This document shows, piece after piece, positions 27,185-33,892 of a stretch of 33,892 nucleotides of DNA. The notes beneath the pieces were generated by a model, which worked only from the letters and a program-made list of their open reading frames with translations, did not search any database and was not told where the DNA came from. Both the position numbers and the translations under genes were made by a program. Numbering within the stretch: position 1 is the stretch's first letter; the number at the start of each line of letters is the position of its first letter. The stretch is from the NCBI GenBank assembly GCA_964432645.1, contig CAYSOK010000002.1, forward strand, positions 1 to 33,892. The letters are read 5' to 3'. This DNA is from an uncultured Bacteroidaceae bacterium (GTDB lineage: Bacteria > Bacteroidota > Bacteroidia > Bacteroidales > Bacteroidaceae).

Positions 27185-28510
27185 TTACTTCCAATATATA
27201 TCGGTGAATTCCTTCTTGATGTTCACCTCTTCCTGTTTAAAGTACTTACGGAATAGTTCCCACGTAACATCGAGCATCTCGGTGGTATCCAAGTTTACAT
27301 CGATTGCCAACACACGGGTAGCATACTCTTTAGCAAAGTCCAAACAGCGGTTATCATACTCCGTCAAATCGAAACCGTTCTCCAATTTTGTCTTGGCATT
27401 GGCAGCATCGGAGTACAAGCGAATGGCTGCATTCATAACCTGTGAGTGATCCTTACGTGTCTTCTTACCCGCCACAAGTTGTTTCAAACGAGACAGAGAG
27501 CGGAACGGATCCACAATAACTTTACCAATGTCGGAATCGCGACGCAGATAGAGCTGACCTTCTGTAATATAACCGGTATTATCCGGCACAGCGTGAGTAA
27601 TATCGCCACCACTCAACGTGGTCACTGCAATAATGGTGATAGAACCACCACCGGCACTCTCCGGGAACTGCACAGCCTTCTCGTAAATCTTTGCCAAGTC
27701 GGAATAGAGAGATCCCGGCATGGAGTCCTTAGATGGAATCTGATCCATACGGTTGGAAACGATGGAAAGAGAATCCGCATAAGAAGTCATATCGGTCAAC
27801 AAAACCAATACTTTCTCATGCTTCTCTACGGCAAAATATTCGGCTGCGGTAAGAGCCATATCCGGAATCAACAAACGCTCTACGGCAGGATCTTCGGTTG
27901 TATTCATGAATGCCACGATACGATCCAACGTACCGGCATTAGAGAAGGTATTGCGGAAGAAGTAGTAGTCGTCATTCGTCATACCCATACCGCCCAAGAT
28001 AATCTTATCTGCCTTAGCACGCAAAGCTACCATTGCCATAACCTCGTTAAAAGGTTGATCCGGATCAGCAAAGAACGGAATTTTCTGACCGGACACCAAG
28101 GTATTGTTCAAGTCGATACCGGCAATACCGGTAGCAATCAATTCACTTGGCTGTTTACGACGTACCGGATTCACACTTGGTCCGCCAATCTCCACTTCCT
28201 TACCCTCGATAGCGGGACCGTCATCGATTGGGTTACCGTAGGCATTGAAAAAACGACCGGCCAATTGGTCACTCACCTTCAGAGAAGGTGCCTTACCCAG
28301 GAACACCACCTCGGCATTGGTTGGGATACCGCCGGTACCCTCAAACACCTGGAGTGTAACCTCATCTCCCATGATACGCACCACCTGCGCCAACTTACCG
28401 TCTATGGTAGCCAACTCATCGTAGCCTACGCCGGTAGCCTTAAGTGAGCAGGTAGCTTTCGTTATCTGGTTGATTTTTGTATATATCTTTTGAAATGCTG
28501 TTGAAGCCAT
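27185..28510 (-). CDS. ntpB: V-type ATPase subunit B
   Basis: The protein is 441 aa. The sequences SGQKIPFFAD, DMTSYADSLS and GSITIIAVTTLSGGDITHAVPDNTGYITEGQLYL are present. There is no canonical P-loop, as expected for subunit B. Confidence 0.95.
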   Translation of the reverse strand: MASTAFQKIYTKINQITKATCSLKATGVGYDELATIDGKLAQVVRIMGDEVTLQVFEGTGGIPTNAEVVFLGKAPSLKVSDQLAGRFFNAYGNPIDDGPAIEGKEVEIGGPSVNPVRRKQPSELIATGIAGIDLNNTLVSGQKIPFFADPDQPFNEVMAMVALRAKADKIILGGMGMTNDDYYFFRNTFSNAGTLDRIVAFMNTTEDPAVERLLIPDMALTAAEYFAVEKHEKVLVLLTDMTSYADSLSIVSNRMDQIPSKDSMPGSLYSDLAKIYEKAVQFPESAGGGSITIIAVTTLSGGDITHAVPDNTGYITEGQLYLRRDSDIGKVIVDPFRSLSRLKQLVAGKKTRKDHSQVMNAAIRLYSDAANAKTKLENGFDLTEYDNRCLDFAKEYATRVLAIDVNLDTTEMLDVTWELFRKYFKQEEVNIKKEFTDIYWK

Positions 28511-28540
28511 ATTCTGTTACTTTTTTATTGGATTCATACG

Positions 28541-30292
28541 TCATGCTTTTTTGGTTTCGAGCATGTCTACCAATTGTTTTTTATAAGAAGCATACTGTTC
28601 AGACTGATAAACGGAATAGTTCATCTGCTTGCCCACATTGATGAGTTTCTTGAAGAAACTTGATACCTCTTCAAAATTATCGAAGGCTACCGGAGTGGTG
28701 CATACCAGTACCACAAGGTCGAGCAACTCACGCTGACGATCAATCGGAGTCACGGCATCTACTTCATCGAATGCATCCTGTTGCAGTATCAGATAGTCGA
28801 TAAACTCGGATTTCCAGAAGGTTACGTGATAGTCAACCGGTACACCGTCATCACCCAAAATATTAATCTGTTCGGCAATCTCCTTACCACGCTGCATACG
28901 GGTCTTAAGGTCGTTTATCTTACCAATCCACTCGCTATCAATACGCTTTGAGATGTAATCAGCAAATTCCGGATATTCCAAATATTTAGAATAAGAGTCG
29001 ATGGGGTTCACAGCCGGATAACGTTTCTTATCGGCACGATCCTGCTCCAAGCCATAGAAGCAACGAGCCACCTTCTTAGTTCCCTCGGTAACAGGTTCCT
29101 TCAAGTTACCACCTGCCGGTGACACTGTACCCAAGAAAGTGATGGAACCTACCTCTCCATTGTTCAGATAGACATATCCTGCGCGTCCGTAGAAGTTGGA
29201 TATCAAAGCAGACAAGTCCATAGGGAAAGCATCCTGACCCGGAAGTTCCTCCATACGGTTAGACATCTCACGCAAAGCTTGCGCCCAACGAGATGTTGAG
29301 TCTGCCATCAACAACACACGCAATCCCATGGAGCGATAATACTCAGCCATAGTCATTGCTGTGTAGACGGACGCCTCACGAGCTGCCACAGGCATGTTGG
29401 AAGTATTAGCAATAATGATGGTTCTCTCCATCAACTTACGTCCGGTATGTGGGTCAATAAGTTCCGGAAACTCGGTGAAGATTTCCACCACCTCATTGGC
29501 ACGCTCACCGCAAGCAGCAATGATTACGATATCCGCCTCGGCCTGTTTGGAGATAGCATGCTGAAGTACGGTTTTACCTGTTCCGAACGGACCGGGGATG
29601 AATCCAGTTCCGCCTTCTACAATCGGGTTCCAAGTATCGATGGTACGTACACCCGTTTCCAACAATTTGAAGGGACGGGGCTTCTGCTTATAATTCGTCA
29701 TAGCGAACTTCACAGGCCAGTGCTGTATCATGTTCACCTCTACCTCTTTCCCCTTTTCGTCCACAAGGGTTGCAATGATATCGTGTATCTTGTACTCTCC
29801 GGCCGGTGCAACGCTCTTGACGGTAGCTTTACCCTTCAGCTGGAAAGGTACCATAATCTTAAGCTTTTGGGAGTTTTCAATCACCTCGCCCAACCAGTCG
29901 GAAGCAATCACTGTATCGCCGGGTTTAGCCAAAGGAGTGAACCCCCAAAGGCGGTCATCGTCAAGAGGATTGGTATACTCTCCTCTTTTTAGGAAGACGC
30001 CCTCCATTTTATCGAGGTCATTCTGCAAGCCGTCATAGTTTTTTGACAGCATGCCGGGAGCCAGTTGCACCTCGAGCATACGACCGGTAAATTCGGCCAC
30101 GGCTCCTACTTTCAATCCACGCGTACTTTCGAATACCTGCACGTAGACATCGGCTCCGATTATTTTGATAACCTCTGCCATAAGTCGGTCGCCACCGGTG
30201 GTGATATAACAAATCTCACCCTGTGCTACCGGTCCGTCTACACGTAGGGTAACCATATTGGAAACCACGCCGTTAACTGTTCCTTTCGTCAT
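28541..30292 (-). CDS. ntpA: V-type ATPase catalytic subunit A
   Basis: The protein is 583 aa. Walker A is GPFGTGKTV. The sequences LLMADSTSRWAQALREMS and GSITFLGTVSPAGGNLKEPVT are present. No intein-sized insertion is seen. Confidence 0.96.
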   Translation of the reverse strand: MTKGTVNGVVSNMVTLRVDGPVAQGEICYITTGGDRLMAEVIKIIGADVYVQVFESTRGLKVGAVAEFTGRMLEVQLAPGMLSKNYDGLQNDLDKMEGVFLKRGEYTNPLDDDRLWGFTPLAKPGDTVIASDWLGEVIENSQKLKIMVPFQLKGKATVKSVAPAGEYKIHDIIATLVDEKGKEVEVNMIQHWPVKFAMTNYKQKPRPFKLLETGVRTIDTWNPIVEGGTGFIPGPFGTGKTVLQHAISKQAEADIVIIAACGERANEVVEIFTEFPELIDPHTGRKLMERTIIIANTSNMPVAAREASVYTAMTMAEYYRSMGLRVLLMADSTSRWAQALREMSNRMEELPGQDAFPMDLSALISNFYGRAGYVYLNNGEVGSITFLGTVSPAGGNLKEPVTEGTKKVARCFYGLEQDRADKKRYPAVNPIDSYSKYLEYPEFADYISKRIDSEWIGKINDLKTRMQRGKEIAEQINILGDDGVPVDYHVTFWKSEFIDYLILQQDAFDEVDAVTPIDRQRELLDLVVLVCTTPVAFDNFEEVSSFFKKLINVGKQMNYSVYQSEQYASYKKQLVDMLETKKA

Positions 30293-30309
30293 AGTATAGT
30301 ACTTTTTCT

Positions 30310-31149
30310 TTATTTTTTAAATTCGTCGGGCACCCGGGCTTCACCGCGCAGGTTCTCTATTATTTCACGGAAGATTCGCTTACCGTTCTCCACATCGAGT
30401 ACCGACCAGCGTTCCAAAATCTCAAGTTTAACGAGATATACAAAAACTGCTTCTATGGAGAAGATATCTTTTTCCTCTATCTCGTCAAGCCACATCCACT
30501 TGAGGGCATCGAGTTTGCGTTCCTTCTCTACCGGGTCTTCCACGTCAACTATTTTTAGGAGGTCGACCATGTAGTCATACTCGTTTCGCAGCCCGAAGTC
30601 GTGCGTATTATTTTCACGAATCATCTCGTTCACCTCATTGTCTCCTTGTATATAGTCCGACACGCCCCACCCATTTTTACGGGCTATGAGCGCTGTGAGG
30701 ATGTTGGTTACGTGGAGCATACGTTCGTACCACTCCCGCATAACGCGGTTGGGGCACTGCATAGCGTAAGCAAGATAGTCAAAGCCAAGCGCATCATCCG
30801 GAAAATAGCCGCTCTTATCCTTATTAAAAGAATAGTTACGGGCAAACTCCGACATAAAAGCCGGAAAACGATGTACATTGAAGTTCATCTCGCGTGCCGA
30901 AGTGATAAGATCCAGATACTGCTCATGAGTGAAGTCACCCTTTTGATTGGTTTCGGCTTCCGGATTCTTAAGGAGTGCCAACAGGTTGCGACAATCGTAC
31001 TGCAAGAAATAATAGTGGAGCAGCGCTCTATCGGAGTCTGTTAACACCTCATCGAGCTGCTCTTTGAACTGTCGCACGGTCATTACCGGAGTTTGGGAGG
31101 TCAACGAAAGTTCCGGCAACCCCGCCATCAAACAATAATAACTAGCCAT
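30310..31149 (-). CDS. DUF2764-family protein occupying the C/d-subunit position of the V-ATPase operon
   Basis: The protein is 279 aa. It sits between subunit E and subunit A with gaps of 26 and 17 nt. The N-terminus YYCLMAGLPELSL is characteristic of the DUF2764 proteins found in Bacteroidota V-ATPase operons. Confidence 0.75.
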   Translation of the reverse strand: MASYYCLMAGLPELSLTSQTPVMTVRQFKEQLDEVLTDSDRALLHYYFLQYDCRNLLALLKNPEAETNQKGDFTHEQYLDLITSAREMNFNVHRFPAFMSEFARNYSFNKDKSGYFPDDALGFDYLAYAMQCPNRVMREWYERMLHVTNILTALIARKNGWGVSDYIQGDNEVNEMIRENNTHDFGLRNEYDYMVDLLKIVDVEDPVEKERKLDALKWMWLDEIEEKDIFSIEAVFVYLVKLEILERWSVLDVENGKRIFREIIENLRGEARVPDEFKK

Positions 31150-31175
31150 TATCTATTTTCTTGGTACATGAACAA

Positions 31176-31769
31176 TTAGTATAACATATCCAGAAGTTCC
31201 GGACGGACAATGGTCTCGAAGAATTTTTTAAACTCCTCCTCACCAAAGTTTACCTTGTAGGCTCCATCTGCCGGAGAGATAGAGAAGATTGCCTCCGAAC
31301 CGTTTACCTGATTGATGGTAACGCCCTTGTCAAGAAGGGATTTTGCATGTTGTGCAAAATATTTCTTCAAACCCTCTGCCTCCTCTGCATTAATAGTGAT
31401 GGGTTCTTCGGTAGACCATCTCTCTGCTAAGGTTACAATAAATTTGTTCAAATAGTCCTTGTCGGCAACAAAGCCTTTAACGGTCTGCGAAACGGTCTCG
31501 TTGGTGAGTACGGTTGCCACATCGGACTTGAGTGCTTCCAGGGCACGTTCGAAGTACATTTTGAGTTCCGAACGAGTGTTTTTGTTTAGATCTTCGGCTT
31601 TTTTCTCTGCCTCGGCAACAATGGCTGCTGCCTTAGCTTGCGCTTGTTCTATAATGGAATCGGCGTCGGAATGAGCCTTGTCTACGATCTGCTGAGCTTG
31701 CGCGTTGCCCTTCTCTACACCTTCTTGGTAGAGCTTATCGGCGAGCTCCTGTATTTTACTGTCCATCAT
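31176..31769 (-). CDS. ntpE: V-type ATPase subunit E
   Basis: The protein is 197 aa. It has an N-terminal Ala/Lys/Glu-rich coiled coil (IIEQAQAKAAAIVAEAEKKAEDL) and a globular C-terminus. It is the first gene of the operon. Confidence 0.85.
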   Translation of the reverse strand: MMDSKIQELADKLYQEGVEKGNAQAQQIVDKAHSDADSIIEQAQAKAAAIVAEAEKKAEDLNKNTRSELKMYFERALEALKSDVATVLTNETVSQTVKGFVADKDYLNKFIVTLAERWSTEEPITINAEEAEGLKKYFAQHAKSLLDKGVTINQVNGSEAIFSISPADGAYKVNFGEEEFKKFFETIVRPELLDMLY

Positions 31770-31808
31770 GTAATGCTTTTAATACAACTAATTCTGTTTA
31801 TTTGCGCC

Positions 31809-31840
31809 CAAAGTTACAAAAATTCATGGATAATAACAAA
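31809..31840 (-). promoter_or_regulatory. Bacteroides-type promoter of the V-ATPase operon
   Basis: On the minus strand, TTTG (31840-31837) is followed by 20 nt and then TAACTTTG (31816-31809). The site is 40 nt upstream of the subunit E start at 31769. Confidence 0.6.
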
Positions 31841-31955
31841 AAAGTATTTGCTTTTTTTCGGAAAGAGGCAAAATAAGAGAATATATAGGGATTTTTGGAA
31901 CACTTTTTAGAACACTCTTACGCAACATTCGGTTTTTATAAGATGCTCTATCTAT

Positions 31956-31986
31956 AAAAAAGGTGCAAGACCTAAATCTTGCACCT
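31956..31986 (-). terminator. Rho-independent terminator of the P-II/amt unit
   Basis: A perfect 10-bp stem pairs AGGTGCAAGA (31961-31970) with TCTTGCACCT (31977-31986) around a 6-nt loop. On the minus strand it is followed by a T5 run (31960-31956). It lies about 100 nt downstream of the amt stop. Confidence 0.75.
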
Positions 31987-32088
31987 CACATTGTTCTTGA
32001 GCAGTGGATTACTACTGACTCAAAACCTTGACGTAGATATTCACGCCATCACGGCGTAGGTATCAATAGAATAGTATTAATAAAATCC

Positions 32089-33390
32089 TTAAACATTGTA
32101 AGCGGTTTCTCCGTGTTCGTAAACATCGAGACCCTCCTCTTCAATACGCTCGGTAACACGCAACCCAAAGATTTTGTTGATGACGAGGAAGAGAACAAGT
32201 CCCAAGCCGAAGGACCATGCTACGATAGCCAACTCACCGATAACCTGTGTCAGAAGAGAACATCCTGCTTCGGGCTCTGCGAATATACCGGTAAGGATAA
32301 TACCGGTAAAACCGGATATTCCGTGTACGGAAACAGCACCTACAGGGTCATCTATCTTAAGTTTCTGGTCAATTACGTCTACAGAAATACACATTACTAC
32401 AGAGGTAATCAGACCGATGAAGAAGGCCGAAGCGATAGACACGCAGTCACAACCCGCTGTAATACCAACCAAGCCTGCCAACACTCCATTGCAAACCATA
32501 GAAAGAGATGGTTTCCCATACACAACCCAAGTATAAACCAAAGCCGTTATACCACCTACGGCCGCAGCCATATTAGTGGTAATCATAATATGAGAAATGG
32601 CGATTGCATTATCTAGGCCGTCAGCTCCAATCGTGGATCCCGGGTTAAAACCGAACCATCCCAACCAGAGGATGAACACGCCGAGAGCTGCAAGGGTAAG
32701 GTTATGACCGGGAATGGCGCGAGCCTTACCATCCTTACCATACTTCCCATGACGGGGACCAAGTACAATAGCACCGGCCAAAGCGATGAAACCGCCACAT
32801 GAGTGAACCACAGCACTACCTGCGAAATCGTGGAAGCCCATCTGTGCCAACCAACCTTCGGAACTCCAAACCCAGTGTCCCTCAATGGGGTATATAAAAG
32901 CGGAAATAAGCACAGAATAAAGAATGTACATGGAGAACTTTGTACGTTCTGCCATAGAGCCGGACACGATGGTTGCAGCAGTAGCACAGAAAACGGTCTG
33001 GAAGATGAAGTAACACTCGCTTGGAACATTGTCCGGAATAAGCCCCGTTGTTCCTTCCCCGGTGAAGAAGAATCCGTTCCAACCAAAGAACCCACCTCCT
33101 ACTCCAAACATTAGGCTAAATCCCAATACCCAATAGAGTACCGAACCTGCCATAAAGTCTACGAAGTTCTTCATCAAGATATTAGCGGTATTCTTGGCAC
33201 GTGTCATGCCCGCCTCAACGAGCGCAAATCCCGGCTGCATCCAGAAGACCAGCATAGCTCCCAAAATTACCCACACCGTATCGAGGCTACTCACCTCTGT
33301 TTCGGCACCGTCAGCAGCCATGACGGGAGCAAAGCTTCCCAACATGAGCAGTGCGGCACACAGTTTCTTATATAAGTTTGTTCGTTTCAT
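32089..33390 (-). CDS. amt: Ammonium transporter (Amt family)
   Basis: A signal peptide MKRTNLYKKLCAALLMLGSFAPVMA is present. The protein has about 11 TM helices. The twin-His pore motifs are AGSAVVHSCGG and AVSVHGISGFTG. Length is 433 aa. Confidence 0.95.
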   Translation of the reverse strand: MKRTNLYKKLCAALLMLGSFAPVMAADGAETEVSSLDTVWVILGAMLVFWMQPGFALVEAGMTRAKNTANILMKNFVDFMAGSVLYWVLGFSLMFGVGGGFFGWNGFFFTGEGTTGLIPDNVPSECYFIFQTVFCATAATIVSGSMAERTKFSMYILYSVLISAFIYPIEGHWVWSSEGWLAQMGFHDFAGSAVVHSCGGFIALAGAIVLGPRHGKYGKDGKARAIPGHNLTLAALGVFILWLGWFGFNPGSTIGADGLDNAIAISHIMITTNMAAAVGGITALVYTWVVYGKPSLSMVCNGVLAGLVGITAGCDCVSIASAFFIGLITSVVMCISVDVIDQKLKIDDPVGAVSVHGISGFTGIILTGIFAEPEAGCSLLTQVIGELAIVAWSFGLGLVLFLVINKIFGLRVTERIEEEGLDVYEHGETAYNV

Positions 33391-33468
33391 AATTTTATCG
33401 TCTTTGTCTTTTGTGTATCTAAAAAATCTTACCTTGTATATATATAGAATTCTGTGTCTGTGTTGCCT

Positions 33469-33825
33469 TTAGTTTTCCTGTTCTGCATTGTAAAGAGCGA
33501 TATCACCTCTTTCGCCTGTACGTATACGGATGGCATCTTGTACCGGTATCACGAAGATACGTCCATCACCAATTTCGCCGGTTGCCGCAGTCTTGAGAAT
33601 TGCCTGTATGGTACGCTCCACATTGATATCGCGAACCACAATACTTACCAATACTCGTTCGATGCAACTGGTATCGTAACAAACACCACGGTAGATACGC
33701 GCCTGGCGCGCTTTACCTTCACCTCTCACTTCGTAGTAGGAGAACCACTCGATGTCTGCCTTGAGCAGTGCATCTCTTACCTCCTCAAATTTGGAGCGGC
33801 GAATGATTGCTTCAATTTTTTTCAT
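33469..33825 (-). CDS. glnK: P-II nitrogen regulatory protein (GlnB/GlnK family)
   Basis: The N-terminus reads MKKIEAIIRRSKFEEVRDAL. The T-loop RGEGKARQARIYRG retains the Tyr. The C-terminal box reads TGEIGDGRIFVIPVQDAIRIRTGERG. The gene ends 78 nt upstream of amt. Confidence 0.92.
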   Translation of the reverse strand: MKKIEAIIRRSKFEEVRDALLKADIEWFSYYEVRGEGKARQARIYRGVCYDTSCIERVLVSIVVRDINVERTIQAILKTAATGEIGDGRIFVIPVQDAIRIRTGERGDIALYNAEQEN

Positions 33826-33892
33826 TTTACGTTTTCTTTTTAGATGGTTTCTTTGTTTTGTTCGTATATAAGTATGTTTTGTGCAAACACTA

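Noticed and set aside
27446-28447. 333-aa plus-strand ORF opposite V-ATPase subunit B, with further ORFs at 29447-29992, 30601-31044 and 32113-32616
   Set aside because: These are codon-aligned shadows of highly conserved genes. Their length is explained by the absence of TTA/CTA/TCA sense codons. They have no start context or promoter.
28541-30292. Intein or insertion in V-ATPase subunit A or DnaK
   Set aside because: The lengths (583 and 638 aa) and contiguous conserved motifs match intein-free homologues.
31638-31910. 90-aa plus-strand ORF across the V-ATPase subunit E start and promoter
   Set aside because: It overlaps the subunit E N-terminus in antisense and then runs through AT-rich promoter DNA. 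It is hydrophobic and low-complexity with no support.
33826-33892. Promoter of the P-II/amt unit at the right edge (minus-strand TAGTGTTTG at 33892-33884)
   Set aside because: The -7 match has three spacer bases where the consensus has two. Any -33 element would lie outside the window, so it cannot be supported.

Overview
This window looks like a core chromosomal segment of a Bacteroidota genome, probably Bacteroidales-like. That inference rests on gene content, repeated matches to the Bacteroides-type TTTG / TAnnTTTG promoter consensus, and a V-type ATPase operon that carries a DUF2764 gene. I call 28 protein-coding genes and no rRNA, tRNA, CRISPR array or mobile-element gene. Left to right the genes are:

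- **682-6045 (+):** a tightly packed unit of a YfhO-family membrane protein, a secreted glucosaminidase with two LysM domains, a Y-family translesion polymerase and a YolD-like protein.
- **6197-13515 (+):** a dense run of a small secreted Lys-rich protein, an EFR1-like flavodoxin/4Fe-4S protein, MenA, EttA, a SUI1/YciH factor, a putative 720-aa outer-membrane porin and a GH25 muramidase.
- **13545-15998 (-):** an aminotransferase followed by an FtsX/LolE-type permease.
- **16216-19183 (+):** DUF4494, YggS and an acyl-CoA-synthetase-like enzyme.
- **19288-33825 (-):** P-II, Amt, a 7-gene V-type ATPase operon (E, DUF2764, A, B, D, I, K), DnaK, LepA and a Crp/Fnr regulator.

I do not see a self-contained novel system such as a defence island, a toxin-antitoxin pair or a mobile element. 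The least explained sequence is the 640-nt non-coding left edge, which carries a truncated short-repeat array and a TCAC/TTCACC word-repeat block.

The other items worth a second look are:

- the polymerase/YolD cassette embedded behind envelope genes
- the EttA-SUI1 pairing
- a Crp/Fnr regulator with a 46-aa charged tail
- a Na+-type ion-site signature in V-ATPase subunit K
- several candidate operators and hairpins

All functional calls come from reading motifs in the supplied translations. No database search was run.
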